This document shows positions 23,115 through 34,751 of a DNA stretch of 64,000 nt, in pieces. The translations under genes and the position numbers were made by a program. How positions within the stretch are numbered: the first letter of the stretch is position 1; each line of letters begins with the position of its first letter. The notes under the pieces were generated by a model. The model searched no databases and was not told the DNA's origin. It worked only from the letters and a program-made list of their open reading frames with translations. Source of the DNA: Escherichia coli (GTDB lineage Bacteria > Pseudomonadota > Gammaproteobacteria > Enterobacterales > Enterobacteriaceae); assembly GCF_044324785.1 (NCBI RefSeq), contig NZ_CP172127.1; one strand, given 5' to 3'.

Positions 23115-23525
23115 TTTCTGAGCCTGTAAAACATGTGGTGATATAGTCTGAGAGCATAAAAGTTGAGATTCTGTGTATCAAGTCCTGTCTTGGCACCGAA
23201 TGAATATTGCTTACGAAGCCCCTTCATGCTTTCCTTGAGAACAATAATTTTATCTTTATGTGAATCTCATTTTTTATAATGATGTCAGATGATTGAAATG
23301 CTAAATTATATCTGAATCAACTTTTCCTTTGCTAAAGGTATCGAAATAACTGCAAGATTGTATTTTGTAATTGCCAATTTAAAAATGTCAATTTGTTTTT
23401 AATTATGTTTTTGTAATAAGTTTGAAGACACAAAAAAATAATATAATAACAAAAATCCTCCAGCCTTGTAGGCCAGAGGATAAAATACTTAATTGAGGAA
23501 AACATCAGGGAAAAGTATTTCTGAC

Positions 23526-24710
23526 TTAACTTTCCCGGCTGGAGAGTGAATCAATGTAATCAGCGTACCATTGCATCATTTCACGGCGGCCATCGAGATA
23601 CAGGGCATGATTATAGGTACCCCTGATGGAATTTTTATCCACATGAGCTAACTGCATTTCAATCCAGGCGGAGTTAAAGCCTTGTTCATGCAGAATTGTA
23701 CTCATGGTGTGTCTGAAACCGTGCCCTGTGAGTCTTCCCTTATATCCAAGTAATTCAATTACTTGGTTAATGCTTTCCTTACTAATTGGTTTGCGGGGAT
23801 CATTTCTACCGATAAAGACTAGGGGATGATGTTTTGAGATTGGTTCAAGCTGCTTAAATAGCATAATAACCTGCTCAGAGAGCGGCACAATATGAGGTCG
23901 CTTCATCTTCATTACTTCTGCCGGGATCTCCCACAATTTTGTCTCAAAATCGATATCTTCCCAGCGTGCAAAACGCAGTTCTTGTGTTCGTACGCCGGTT
24001 AACATAATGATCTGAGTAGCTGTCTTAGTGATTATACTTCCGGTATAACCCGCCAGATCGTTGAGGAAGTGGGGAAGTTCATTAGCAGTAAGAAAGGGAA
24101 AATGTACTTTTTTCGGTGTAGCTAAAGCACTGGCAAGATCGGGGGCTGGGTTATAGTCTGCCCGGCCAGTAACAATTGCATAGCGGAACACCTCACCACA
24201 GCGCTGGCGGACCTTGCGCATTTTCTCCAGAGCTCCACGTTTTTCCATTTTACGCAGTGCTTCCAGTAACTCCATTGGTTTGATTTCGGCAATAGGGCGC
24301 TTGCCAATGTAGGGAAAAATGTCTTTTTCAAAGGTATCAATGATTTCATCACGATAGCGTAATGACCACCGATCGGCTTTTGACTGGTGCCATTCGCGAG
24401 CAATAGCCTCGAACGTATTTTTCAGACTTATTTGCTGCGCGATTTTTTCTTCCTTTTTTGCCTCCCCTGGATCGCCTCCAGCAGCGAGGAGTTTCCTGGC
24501 TTCACTGCGTTTCTCGCGAGCATCGGCTAGCGTTACATCGGGGTATACGCCAATAGAAAGCATCTTTTCTTTACCAGCAAAGCGGTACTTCATGCGCCAG
24601 TATTTAGAACCATTAGTGTTAATCAGTAGATACATACCGCCGCCATCAGCAAGCTTATAGGGTTTGTCTTTGGGTTTTGCGGTTTTCACTTTGATATCGG
24701 TTAATGCCAT
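23526..24710 (-). CDS. int: tyrosine-type site-specific integrase (P4-like), tRNA-adjacent
   Basis: 394 aa; N-terminal MALTDIKVKTAKPKDKPYKLADGGGMYLLI… and C-terminal catalytic region (…GHGFRHT…); start 300 bp from the tRNA-Sec 3' end. Confidence 0.9.
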   Translation of the reverse strand: MALTDIKVKTAKPKDKPYKLADGGGMYLLINTNGSKYWRMKYRFAGKEKMLSIGVYPDVTLADAREKRSEARKLLAAGGDPGEAKKEEKIAQQISLKNTFEAIAREWHQSKADRWSLRYRDEIIDTFEKDIFPYIGKRPIAEIKPMELLEALRKMEKRGALEKMRKVRQRCGEVFRYAIVTGRADYNPAPDLASALATPKKVHFPFLTANELPHFLNDLAGYTGSIITKTATQIIMLTGVRTQELRFARWEDIDFETKLWEIPAEVMKMKRPHIVPLSEQVIMLFKQLEPISKHHPLVFIGRNDPRKPISKESINQVIELLGYKGRLTGHGFRHTMSTILHEQGFNSAWIEMQLAHVDKNSIRGTYNHALYLDGRREMMQWYADYIDSLSSRES

Positions 24711-25009
24711 GACATCCTCCGGCTTTTGATGAATTCATGTTCCTGAGGGGGATTTCTGCCAGTAACTAACCTGATACCCCCAATACACCCCTTGTATAAC
24801 AAAGATGTTGTTAAAAGCCGTTGTTATGTATCACATTTTTCCTATTATGGGGGTGCTTGTATTTCAATAGGAAATAACACCCCCTAAAGTACCCCCAAAA
24901 GAAACTTGATACGGGGTGAAGTAGGTTGACCTCAGGATACAAATAAATACTGATATACAAGGGATTAGAAGAGATTTATTGACATTGGGAGAGTTCAGAA
25001 GAGGTAAAC

Positions 25010-25104
25010 TGGCGGAAGATCACAGGAGTCGAACCTGCCCGGGACCGCTGGCGGCCCCAACTGGATTTGAAGTCCAGCCGCCTCACCGGAGACGACGATC
25101 TTCC
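25010..25104 (-). tRNA. selC: tRNA-Sec (selenocysteine)
   Basis: Plus strand reads tggcggaagatcacaggagtcgaacctgcccgggaccgctggcggccccaactggatttgaagtccagccgcctcaccggagacgacgatcttcc, the reverse complement of the E. coli selC tRNA as I recall it. Confidence 0.9.
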
Positions 25105-25396
25105 GCGCCTCGATTGCTACATGGAGGCGGGGCGCATTATAGCTACTTCCTTGAGTTTCTACATCCCCCAGATCAGTTTTTTCCGCCTAATACACGCAGC
25201 GTATTATCACGAAAGCATTATAGTTCATATAAAACCCATATTTTACAATGATATATGAGCGGAATTAACGCTACCACGATCACATAAAACAAGAATCATA
25301 AATTAATAACCAGATATCGGAATATTCGCTCTCACAGGGATGGTTTACAAAATGCGTTATCGGTCTCAGCACCCCTATAGCATCAAGGAAAAGCAG

Positions 25397-26779
25397 ATGA
25401 AGAGTGAAGTGTTGTCCGTTAAAGAGAAAATTGGTTATGGCATGGGAGACGCCGCCAGCCACATTATTTTCGATAACGTAATGTTATATATGATGTTCTT
25501 TTATACCGATATTTTTGGCATACCTGCCGGATTTGTCGGAACCATGTTTTTGGTCGCTCGTGCACTGGATGCGATTTCCGATCCTTGCATGGGGTTGTTG
25601 GCCGATCGAACGCGCTCTCGCTGGGGTAAATTTCGTCCGTGGGTACTGTTTGGCGCACTTCCATTCGGGATCGTCTGTGTACTGGCCTATAGCACGCCAG
25701 ATCTCAGTATGAACGGCAAAATGATCTATGCAGCAATTACTTACACCCTACTTACCTTACTTTATACCGTCGTCAATATCCCTTACTGCGCATTGGGTGG
25801 TGTAATCACCAATGACCCGACTCAGCGTATCTCGCTGCAATCCTGGCGTTTTGTGCTGGCGACCGCGGGAGGCATGCTTTCTACTGTTCTGATGATGCCA
25901 CTGGTTAATTTAATTGGCGGTGATAATAAACCACTCGGTTTCCAGGGCGGTATCGCGGTCCTTTCCGTGGTGGCATTTATGATGCTGGCATTTTGTTTCT
26001 TCACCACTAAAGAACGCGTTGAAGCACCACCTACAACGACGTCTATGCGGGAAGATTTACGTGATATCTGGCAAAACGACCAGTGGCGGATTGTCGGTTT
26101 ACTAACCATTTTCAATATCCTGGCGGTGTGCGTACGCGGTGGAGCGATGATGTATTACGTCACATGGATTTTGGGTACGCCGGAAGTGTTTGTCGCTTTT
26201 CTCACCACTTATTGCGTGGGTAACCTGATTGGTTCCGCACTGGCAAAACCGCTGACCGACTGGAAATGTAAAGTCACTATCTTCTGGTGGACGAACGCCC
26301 TGCTGGCAGTGATTAGCCTCGCGATGTTCTTTGTTCCTATGCAGGCCAGCATCACTATGTTTGTCTTCATCTTCGTGATTGGTGTGTTGCATCAACTGGT
26401 GACACCTATCCAGTGGGTAATGATGTCCGATACCGTCGACTACGGCGAGTGGTGCAATGGTAAACGCCTGACCGGGATCAGTTTTGCTGGCACGCTGTTT
26501 GTGCTCAAACTGGGGTTGGCCTTCGGCGGCGCTCTTATCGGCTGGATGCTGGCTTATGGCGGATATGATGCGGCAGAAAAAGCGCAGAACAGCGCCACGA
26601 TTAGCATCATTATCGCGCTATTCACGATTGTTCCAGCGATCTGTTATTTGCTGAGCGCGATTATCGCTAAACGCTACTACTCACTCACGACGCACAATCT
26701 GAAAACCGTTATGGAACAGCTGGCTCAGGGTAAACGCCGTTGCCAGCAACAATTCACCTCTCAAGAAGTGCAGAACTAA
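25397..26779 (+). CDS. yicJ: GPH-family transporter YicJ
   Basis: MKSEVLSVKEKIGYGMGDAASHIIFDNV…; AAGGAA 7 nt upstream of ATG 25397; track ORF begins 25340. Confidence 0.85.
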   Translation: MKSEVLSVKEKIGYGMGDAASHIIFDNVMLYMMFFYTDIFGIPAGFVGTMFLVARALDAISDPCMGLLADRTRSRWGKFRPWVLFGALPFGIVCVLAYSTPDLSMNGKMIYAAITYTLLTLLYTVVNIPYCALGGVITNDPTQRISLQSWRFVLATAGGMLSTVLMMPLVNLIGGDNKPLGFQGGIAVLSVVAFMMLAFCFFTTKERVEAPPTTTSMREDLRDIWQNDQWRIVGLLTIFNILAVCVRGGAMMYYVTWILGTPEVFVAFLTTYCVGNLIGSALAKPLTDWKCKVTIFWWTNALLAVISLAMFFVPMQASITMFVFIFVIGVLHQLVTPIQWVMMSDTVDYGEWCNGKRLTGISFAGTLFVLKLGLAFGGALIGWMLAYGGYDAAEKAQNSATISIIIALFTIVPAICYLLSAIIAKRYYSLTTHNLKTVMEQLAQGKRRCQQQFTSQEVQN

Positions 26780-26788
26780 GGAACGGCA

Positions 26789-29107
26789 ATGAAAATTAGC
26801 GATGGAAACTGGTTGATTCAACCTGGCCTCAATTTGATTCACCCGCTTCAGGTGTTCGAGGTTGAAGAGCAGGGTAATGAAATGGTGGTCTATGCTGCCC
26901 CCCGTGATGTGCGTGAACGTACCTGGCAGCTTGATACGCCTTTATTTACGCTGCGCTTTTTCTCCCCACAGGAAGGTATTGTCGGTGTACGGATTGAGCA
27001 TTTTCAGGGGGCGCTGAATAACGGTCCTCATTATCCGCTCAATATTTTGCAGGACGTGAAGGTCACAATCGAAAACACAGAACGTTACGCTGAGTTTAAA
27101 AGTGGCAACTTAAGTGCGCGTGTCAGCAAAGGTGAGTTCTGGTCACTGGATTTCCTGCGTAACGGCGAACGTATTACCGGTAGTCAGGTGAAAAATAATG
27201 GCTACGTGCAGGACACGAATAATCAACGAAATTATATGTTTGAGCGGCTGGATCTTGGCGTTGGCGAAACAGTTTACGGTCTGGGAGAGCGCTTTACTGC
27301 CCTGGTGCGCAATGGCCAGACGGTAGAGACCTGGAACCGGGACGGCGGCACAAGTACTGAACAGGCGTATAAAAATATTCCGTTCTATATGACTAACCGT
27401 GGTTATGGGGTACTGGTCAATCATCCTCAATGCGTCTCTTTTGAAGTGGGATCGGAGAAAGTCTCCAAAGTGCAGTTCAGCGTTGAGAGTGAATATCTCG
27501 AATACTTTGTTATCGACGGCCCGACGCCGAAAGCGGTACTTGATCGTTATACCCGTTTTACTGGTCGTCCGGCGCTGCCGCCCGCGTGGTCCTTCGGCCT
27601 GTGGCTAACCACTTCATTTACCACCAACTACGACGAAGCGACGGTAAACAGCTTTATCGATGGTATGGCGGAACGCAATCTGCCACTGCATGTTTTCCAC
27701 TTTGACTGTTTCTGGATGAAAGCCTTCCAGTGGTGCGATTTTGAGTGGGACCCGCTGACTTTCCCGGACCCGGAAGGGATGATCCGCCGCCTGAAAGCGA
27801 AAGGGCTAAAAATCTGCGTCTGGATTAACCCCTATATCGGGCAAAAATCCCCTGTCTTTAAAGAGTTACAAGAGAAAGGCTATTTACTCAAACGCCCGGA
27901 CGGTTCGTTATGGCAGTGGGATAAATGGCAGCCAGGTCTGGCGATTTATGACTTTACCAATCCGAATGCCTGCAAATGGTACGCCGACAAACTGAAAGGT
28001 CTGGTCGCGATGGGCGTTGATTGCTTTAAGACCGACTTTGGCGAACGTATTCCAACCGATGTTCAATGGTTTGACGGTTCCGATCCGCAGAAAATGCATA
28101 ACCATTATGCGTACATCTACAACGAACTGGTGTGGAACGTGCTCAAGGAAACCGTTGGCGAGGAAGAAGCCGTCTTGTTTGCTCGCTCGGCCTCCGTTGG
28201 TGCGCAGAAATTCCCGGTACACTGGGGTGGCGACTGTTACGCTAACTACGAATCAATGGCGGAAAGCCTGCGCGGTGGTTTGTCTATTGGCCTTTCAGGT
28301 TTTGGCTTCTGGAGCCACGATATCGGCGGCTTTGAGAATACCGCTCCGGCGCACGTTTACAAACGCTGGTGCGCGTTTGGTTTGTTCTCCAGCCATAGCC
28401 GTTTACATGGCAGCAAATCTTATCGTGTGCCGTGGGCCTATGATGATGAGTCCTGTGATGTGGTGCGCTTCTTCACGCAACTGAAATGCCGCATGATGCC
28501 GTATCTGTATCGTGAAGCTGCTCGTGCGAACGCGCGGGGTACGCCGATGATGCGGGCCATGATGATGGAGTTCCCGGACGATCCGGCTTGTGATTACCTT
28601 GACCGTCAATACATGTTAGGCGACAACGTGATGGTTGCGCCGGTGTTCACTGAATCGGGCGATGTGCAGTTCTACTTGCCGGAAGGTCGCTGGACACACC
28701 TGTGGCACAACGATGAACTCGATGGTAGTCGCTGGCATAAACAGCAGCACGGCTTTCTGAGTCTGCCCGTTTATGTGCGTGATAACACCCTACTGGCGCT
28801 GGGCAACAACGATCAACGTCCCGATTACGCGTGGCACGAAGGCACGGCATTCCAGCTCTTTAATCTGCAAGACGGGCATGAAGCCGTCTGTGAAGTGCCC
28901 GCTGCTGACGGTTCCGTTCTTTTCACCCTGAAAGCGGCGCGTACTGGCAACACGATTACTGTGACTGGTGCGGGCGAGGCGAAGAACTGGACACTGTGCT
29001 TGCGCAATATTGTGAAAGTAAATGGTTTGCAAGGCGGTTCGCAGGCTGAAAGTGAGCAGGGGCTGGTGGTGACGCCTCAAGGGAATGCGCTGACAATTAC
29101 GTTGTAA
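26789..29107 (+). CDS. yicI: alpha-xylosidase, glycoside hydrolase family 31
   Basis: 772 aa; [46 protein letters not shown]… matches YicI. Confidence 0.9.
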   Translation: MKISDGNWLIQPGLNLIHPLQVFEVEEQGNEMVVYAAPRDVRERTWQLDTPLFTLRFFSPQEGIVGVRIEHFQGALNNGPHYPLNILQDVKVTIENTERYAEFKSGNLSARVSKGEFWSLDFLRNGERITGSQVKNNGYVQDTNNQRNYMFERLDLGVGETVYGLGERFTALVRNGQTVETWNRDGGTSTEQAYKNIPFYMTNRGYGVLVNHPQCVSFEVGSEKVSKVQFSVESEYLEYFVIDGPTPKAVLDRYTRFTGRPALPPAWSFGLWLTTSFTTNYDEATVNSFIDGMAERNLPLHVFHFDCFWMKAFQWCDFEWDPLTFPDPEGMIRRLKAKGLKICVWINPYIGQKSPVFKELQEKGYLLKRPDGSLWQWDKWQPGLAIYDFTNPNACKWYADKLKGLVAMGVDCFKTDFGERIPTDVQWFDGSDPQKMHNHYAYIYNELVWNVLKETVGEEEAVLFARSASVGAQKFPVHWGGDCYANYESMAESLRGGLSIGLSGFGFWSHDIGGFENTAPAHVYKRWCAFGLFSSHSRLHGSKSYRVPWAYDDESCDVVRFFTQLKCRMMPYLYREAARANARGTPMMRAMMMEFPDDPACDYLDRQYMLGDNVMVAPVFTESGDVQFYLPEGRWTHLWHNDELDGSRWHKQQHGFLSLPVYVRDNTLLALGNNDQRPDYAWHEGTAFQLFNLQDGHEAVCEVPAADGSVLFTLKAARTGNTITVTGAGEAKNWTLCLRNIVKVNGLQGGSQAESEQGLVVTPQGNALTITL

Positions 29108-29401
29108 TCTATTGAAGAATGCCGGATACGAATGGTTTTGTGTCGTATCCGGTAAATAATCTCACATCTGGTAATAAATATTTCTTCCATCGTATTTGCG
29201 AGCATGATCACGATTATTCATCGCGAAAATGTGATCTGTGCTGAAAAATATCCCTTAATCGCCTTGCTTTGTTTTATCACTGTCCGGATTACGGACAGAT
29301 TTTAGTATTGTTGTGAAATTATTCTGCTTTATATTTACCCTCAGAGATGGCAACTGAAGCTCTTCCATATGGGGCTTCTTAATCTGTGATAAGGGTAAAA
29401 A

Positions 29402-30955
29402 ATGCAAATGATTACCTCGCGACAAAACAGATTATTACGATTCCTTTTACCTCGAAGGGAATATACGACTATTGTTACGATTGCCGGCTATTTAAATGTT
29501 TCGGAAAAAACCATTCAACGTGATTTACGTTTACTTGAGCAATGGCTGGGACAATGGAGAATAAATGTTGAGAAGCGTGCTGGCGCGGGTGTGATGTTAA
29601 GCGCGGCGAATATTGCTGATTTGCTGCATCTTGATCATTTGTTGGGAGCAGAATGTGAAGAGATTGATGGTGTAATGAATAATTCCAGGCGCGTTAAAAT
29701 AGCGTCGCAGTTATTAAGTGAAACACCGAATGAAACGTCGATCAGTAAATTGTCAGAACGCTACTTTATCAGCGGAGCCTCTATTGTTAATGACCTGAGA
29801 GTAATTGAGTCCTGGCTTGCGCCGTTGGGGTTATCATTGATCCGCAGCCCAAGTGGTACGCATATTGAAGGTAGTGAAGGGCAAGTCCGACAGGCAATGG
29901 CATTACTGATTAACGGCATTATTAACCATAATGAGCCGCAAGGTGTCGTGTATTCACGTCTGGATCCCGGAAGTTATAAAGCATTAGTCCATTATTTTGG
30001 AGAAGAAGAGGTGTTATTTGTCCAGTCATTGTTACTGGATATGGAAAATGAATTAAGTTGGTCTTTGGGAGAACCTTATTACGTTAACATTTTTACTCAT
30101 ATCCTTATTATGATGTATCGCAACACGCACGGGAATGCGTTATCAAGAGAAGAAGATCAAACCAGGCAATATGATGAAAATATCTTTAATGTTGCCAGTC
30201 AGATGATTCATAAGATAGAACAACGAATTGCACATACATTGCCCGATGATGAAGTCTGGTTTATTTATCAATATATCATTTCATCAGGTGTGGCGATTGA
30301 TGGACAAAAAGATGTTAGCATTATTTCACATATGCAGGCCAGCAATGAAGCGCGTCTGATTACCTGGCGTTTAATTACGGTATTCAGTGACATCGTGGAC
30401 TGCGATTTTAGTGAAGACAGCGCATTATATGATGGCTTGTTGGTTCATATTAAGCCGCTGATTAACCGTTTAAATTATCGCATTCATATCCGTAATCCAT
30501 TGCTGGAAGATATTAAAGCAGAATTAGCGGATGTCTGGCGGTTGACGCAATATGTGGTGAATCAGGTATTTAAAACCTGGGGTGAGAATGCAGTGAGCGA
30601 GGATGAAGTGGGTTACCTGACCGTTCATTTTCAGGCTGCGATGGAGCGGCAAATTGCCCGTAAACGCGTATTACTAGTCTGTTCAACCGGAATCGGAACT
30701 TCGCATCTACTGAAAAGCCGTATTCTGCGAGCATTTCCTGAATGGACGATTGTTGATGTTATTTCAGCAGCGAATTTATCACAGGTTTTGCCTGACAATA
30801 TCGAACTGATTATTTCGACCATTAATTTGCCTACAGTCACTATGCCGGTCGCTTATGTTACCGCTTTTTTTAATGATGCCGATATTAAGCGGGTCACTGA
30901 AATGGTGATTACGGAAAAATTACATCATGCGACATCTCGGGTCGTTGAAATTTAA
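29402..30955 (+). CDS. PRD-domain transcriptional regulator (BglG/MtlR-like) with PTS regulatory domains
   Basis: 517 aa; N-terminal HTH (…IVTIAGYLNVSEKTIQRDLRLLEQ…); heads a PTS operon. Confidence 0.65.
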   Translation: MQMITSRQNRLLRFLLPRREYTTIVTIAGYLNVSEKTIQRDLRLLEQWLGQWRINVEKRAGAGVMLSAANIADLLHLDHLLGAECEEIDGVMNNSRRVKIASQLLSETPNETSISKLSERYFISGASIVNDLRVIESWLAPLGLSLIRSPSGTHIEGSEGQVRQAMALLINGIINHNEPQGVVYSRLDPGSYKALVHYFGEEEVLFVQSLLLDMENELSWSLGEPYYVNIFTHILIMMYRNTHGNALSREEDQTRQYDENIFNVASQMIHKIEQRIAHTLPDDEVWFIYQYIISSGVAIDGQKDVSIISHMQASNEARLITWRLITVFSDIVDCDFSEDSALYDGLLVHIKPLINRLNYRIHIRNPLLEDIKAELADVWRLTQYVVNQVFKTWGENAVSEDEVGYLTVHFQAAMERQIARKRVLLVCSTGIGTSHLLKSRILRAFPEWTIVDVISAANLSQVLPDNIELIISTINLPTVTMPVAYVTAFFNDADIKRVTEMVITEKLHHATSRVVEI

Positions 30956-30981
30956 TGTCAGAATTTTATGAGGTATGACGA

Positions 30982-31452
30982 ATGGACATAACAAAAATCC
31001 TGAATACGAATCGCGTTATTTTAGATATGCAAGCGACGAATAAAGCGGAGGCGATTGAAGAATTAACTAATCTTCTCAAAAAAGATGGTGCGATCGATTG
31101 TCGGGAAACCTTTATTAAAGATGTCTGGCAGCGCGAAGCGGAAGGCTCGACTGGTTTTGAAAATCATATTGCGATCCCGCATGGTAAATCTTCAGCTGTG
31201 ATTAATACTACGCTGGCAATTGGCCGTACCCGCCAGGATATTCCCTGGGAAACGCTGGATGGCAGTAGCGTGCGCTGTATTATTTTATTTGCGGTACGTC
31301 TTGAAGATCAAAATACCACTCATATCCGTTTACTTTCCCAGGTCGCGGGCGCGCTGGCGGATGATGACATCATAGAACAATTGTTAGTTGAGACGAGTCC
31401 GCAAAAAATCATTGATCTCTTTAGTCAGTATGCACAATCCGATGTCTACTAA
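30982..31452 (+). CDS. PTS fructose/mannitol-type EIIA component
   Basis: 156 aa; …FENHIAIPHGKSS… phosphorylatable His context. Confidence 0.7.
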   Translation: MDITKILNTNRVILDMQATNKAEAIEELTNLLKKDGAIDCRETFIKDVWQREAEGSTGFENHIAIPHGKSSAVINTTLAIGRTRQDIPWETLDGSSVRCIILFAVRLEDQNTTHIRLLSQVAGALADDDIIEQLLVETSPQKIIDLFSQYAQSDVY

Positions 31453-31469
31453 ATAACAGGGAGTATATC

Positions 31470-31784
31470 ATGAATATTGTCTGTGTTGCCGCCTGCACGG
31501 CGGGTATTGCTCACACCTATATTGCTCGTGAAAAGTTAATTAAAGGGGCAAAAGCACTGGGCCACACCATTAAAGTTGAAACCCAGGGAACCATTGGTAC
31601 AGAAAATGAATTACAGGCGGCAGATATCTCTGCTGCTGACGTCGTGATTCTTGCTGTAGATGTGAAAATAAAAGGAGAAGAACGCTTCACCAATAAACGT
31701 ATTGTGCGAGTAAAGACAGAGATCGTCATTAAATCGCCCGTTCAATTTCTTGAAAAGGTCGAAAAATCACTGGGAAACAAATGA
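31470..31784 (+). CDS. PTS fructose-like EIIB component
   Basis: 104 aa; MNIVCVAACTAGIAHTY… active-site Cys context. Confidence 0.7.
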   Translation: MNIVCVAACTAGIAHTYIAREKLIKGAKALGHTIKVETQGTIGTENELQAADISAADVVILAVDVKIKGEERFTNKRIVRVKTEIVIKSPVQFLEKVEKSLGNK

Positions 31785-31808
31785 TCCTTATACTGGAGGG
31801 ATCTTAAT

Positions 31809-32900
31809 ATGAAAGAAAATAAAATTCCGGTTTCACAGGAAATTAAAAAACATTTATTAACCGGCATCTCGTGGATGATACCCCTTATTGTGGCCGCCGG
31901 GATATGTATTGCGTTGGGGCAAGTTCTTGGCGGTACAGATGTTGGTGAAAAAACAGGAACAATCCCGTGGATGCTTAATCAGATTGGCGGCTGGGGAATG
32001 GGGCTGATTGTGCCGCTGATTAGCGCGGCAATTGCCTATTCTATTGCCGATCGTCCCGGATTTGCCCCAGGCCTGATTGTCGGCTTTCTCTGCGGGCAAA
32101 TCCATACCGGATTTATTGGCGGTATGTTGGGTGGTTTCCTGGTGGGCTACACCATTTTGCTACTTAAACGCTATATCCGCCTGCCGCAGTCGATGCAAGG
32201 ACTCATGCCAATCATGGTGTTGCCGGTATTAAGCACCATTATCGGTGGGCTGTTAATGATGACGCTGATTGGTAAACCCATCGCCTGGTTACAAGAAGCA
32301 CTGATTCATTTGCTCGAGTCGATGCAGGGCGGATCGCGCTTCCTGATGGGGGCCATACTTGGCGCGATGGCAACCTTCGATTTCGGTGGTCCGGTCAACA
32401 AAACCATGTCGCTGTTTTCCGATGGCTTGCTGGTCAGTGGCGTCTACGGACCAGAAGCCGTGAAATTTGTCGGCTCAATCATCCCTCCGTTTGGCATCAC
32501 ACTTTCGTTCTTACTGACACGCCATAAATACACCCGTGCGGAGCGCGAGGCGCTGAAAGCCGCGTTTCCGATGGGGATCTGCATGATCACTGAAGGAGTC
32601 ATTCCTATCGCCGCGCGTGACCTGCTGCGAGTAGTGGGATCTTGTGTGGTGGCATCGGCGGTCGCGGGCGGCTTAATCATGGTGTGGGGCGTGGAGAGTC
32701 CGGTTCCGCATGGCGGCATGTTTGTTGTGCCTCTGTTCACCCATCCTCTGCTGTTTTGCCTGGCGCTGGGTATAGGCACGGTGATTTGTGGCGTGATGCT
32801 TTCACTCTGGAAGAAACCGGTAACGGAACGCGACGAAGAGTTTGACGAACTGAGCGATCAAAAGCTGAAAGATGAAGAGATCACTTTCACCCTCGAATAA
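31809..32900 (+). CDS. PTS fructose-like EIIC permease
   Basis: 363 aa polytopic membrane protein directly downstream of the IIB gene. Confidence 0.7.
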   Translation: MKENKIPVSQEIKKHLLTGISWMIPLIVAAGICIALGQVLGGTDVGEKTGTIPWMLNQIGGWGMGLIVPLISAAIAYSIADRPGFAPGLIVGFLCGQIHTGFIGGMLGGFLVGYTILLLKRYIRLPQSMQGLMPIMVLPVLSTIIGGLLMMTLIGKPIAWLQEALIHLLESMQGGSRFLMGAILGAMATFDFGGPVNKTMSLFSDGLLVSGVYGPEAVKFVGSIIPPFGITLSFLLTRHKYTRAEREALKAAFPMGICMITEGVIPIAARDLLRVVGSCVVASAVAGGLIMVWGVESPVPHGGMFVVPLFTHPLLFCLALGIGTVICGVMLSLWKKPVTERDEEFDELSDQKLKDEEITFTLE

Positions 32901-32911
32901 CCGGAGGCCCT

Positions 32912-33763
32912 ATGTTTGCCGATATGAAAAGTATGGTGATGAAAGCCTGGCATGAACATTACGCCTTGCTGGCGATCAACTGTATGAATCTGGAAAGTGC
33001 TCACGCAGCTATCCGCGTGGCGGAGAAGAATCGCGCTCCGATCATTCTCAATCTCTATCAGGGGCATCTGGCGCATTTTCCTGCACCCGTCGCGGCGGCA
33101 GTGGTTAAAACGCTCGCGGAATCTGCCTCAGTACCGGTCACTCTGGCGCTTGATCATGGCAAAAATCCGGACTGTATTCGTCAGGCGTTTCGTGCTGGTT
33201 TCAGCGGATTAATGATTGATGCTTCTGCTTTTCCCCTGGAGGAAAACGTGCGCCAGACCAGGGCGGTGGTGGAACTCGCCGCCAGCGCGCAGCTCTGCGT
33301 GGAAGGCGAACTGGGCCATCTGGCAGATGCGCCGCGTTACGACCAGGCCGCCAATGCAGACCTGATGACGCAACCCACTGATGTGGAACCGTTTATCGCG
33401 CAGACAGGCATTGATCTACTGGCCGTCTCGGTAGGCACGGCGCACGGCATGTACGCGCCTGGTGTTGTACCTGCTATTGATTTTCAGCGTCTGGCGGAGA
33501 TTTTCCACTGCTCGAGCGTGCCTCTGGCATTACATGGCGGTAGCGGTACGCCGTTCGATCAGCTCCAGCTCTGTACGACGCTGGGGGTAGCAAAAATCAA
33601 CGTGGGGGCGGCCATTTTTGAACGGGGGAAATCCGCGCTCCTGCATACCCTCTGTCACGATATATCCATTGAACTGGTGGACGCGCTGAAAGCTATGGAA
33701 CTGGCCTTCGAAGAAGCGATTACACCGTATTTACAGGCGAGCGGCTCTATAGGCAAAGCCTGA
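32912..33763 (+). CDS. class II aldolase family protein (ketose-bisphosphate aldolase paralog)
   Basis: 283 aa with LDHG and EGELG motifs of class II aldolases. Confidence 0.65.
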   Translation: MFADMKSMVMKAWHEHYALLAINCMNLESAHAAIRVAEKNRAPIILNLYQGHLAHFPAPVAAAVVKTLAESASVPVTLALDHGKNPDCIRQAFRAGFSGLMIDASAFPLEENVRQTRAVVELAASAQLCVEGELGHLADAPRYDQAANADLMTQPTDVEPFIAQTGIDLLAVSVGTAHGMYAPGVVPAIDFQRLAEIFHCSSVPLALHGGSGTPFDQLQLCTTLGVAKINVGAAIFERGKSALLHTLCHDISIELVDALKAMELAFEEAITPYLQASGSIGKA

Positions 33764-33843
33764 TTCATTTTCTGTCATGGCCTTTATGCCAGTGCAATAA
33801 CGCACCGGCAGGGCGGACTACACGCTGAAACTGGAGATTTAAC

Positions 33844-34704
33844 ATGTTAGTTTCGATGAAAGAATTACTGCAACCTACCCGCCAGCACGGCTTTGCCATT
33901 GGCGCATTTAATGTGGCGGATAACTGTTTCCTTCGCGCAGTCGTGGATGAAGCAGAAGCGACAAATACTCCGGCGATTATTGCCATCCATCCCAGCGAAC
34001 ATGATTTTGTGGGCGATGCCTTTTTCGCTCACGTTCGCGAAATTACCCAGCGTAGTCCGGTCCCGTTTGTACTGCACCTCGATCATGGTGCCTCTGTAGA
34101 GCATGTTTTGCGTGCGATTCGCTGCGGATTTACCTCAGTAATGATCGACGGTTCGCTGCTGCCGTATGAAGAAAACGTGGCGCTGACCGCAGAAGTGGTT
34201 CACCTCGCTCACGCGGTTGGAGTGTCGGTTGAGGGTGAACTGGGAACCATCGGACAAACAGGAACGTCGGTAGAAGGTGGTGTTTCACAAGTGACCTACA
34301 CAGATCCGGCGCAGGCCGCCGATTTTATTGCTCGTACAGGTGCCGACACACTGGCTGTGGCGATTGGTACAGCGCATGGCATCTATCCAAAAGGGATGCA
34401 GCCGAAGCTGCAAATGGACATTTTGCGCGACATTGCCGGACGTATTGATATTCCGCTGGTGCTACACGGTGGTTCGGCAAACCCGGACGCGGAGATTGCT
34501 GAATCAGTTACGCTCGGCGTCGGCAAAATCAATATCTCCAGTGATATGAAATACGCCTATTTCCAGAAAGTGCGTGAAATTCTCGCTAAAGAGAGCTGGT
34601 GGGACCCGAACGTCATCTATCCGGATGCGATTAACGCGGCGCGGGAAGTCATTCGCCACAAAATGAAACTGTTCGGTTCGCTCGGTAAAGCATCACTGTA
34701 CTAA
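33844..34704 (+). CDS. class II ketose-bisphosphate aldolase (GatY/KbaY-like)
   Basis: 286 aa; …GFAIGAFNV…LHLDHG…VEGELG… pattern. Confidence 0.75.
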   Translation: MLVSMKELLQPTRQHGFAIGAFNVADNCFLRAVVDEAEATNTPAIIAIHPSEHDFVGDAFFAHVREITQRSPVPFVLHLDHGASVEHVLRAIRCGFTSVMIDGSLLPYEENVALTAEVVHLAHAVGVSVEGELGTIGQTGTSVEGGVSQVTYTDPAQAADFIARTGADTLAVAIGTAHGIYPKGMQPKLQMDILRDIAGRIDIPLVLHGGSANPDAEIAESVTLGVGKINISSDMKYAYFQKVREILAKESWWDPNVIYPDAINAAREVIRHKMKLFGSLGKASLY

Positions 34705-34751
34705 GCCAGAAGGGCGGGGTGACCCGCCTTTTACGCAACAAGGAACGAGAT

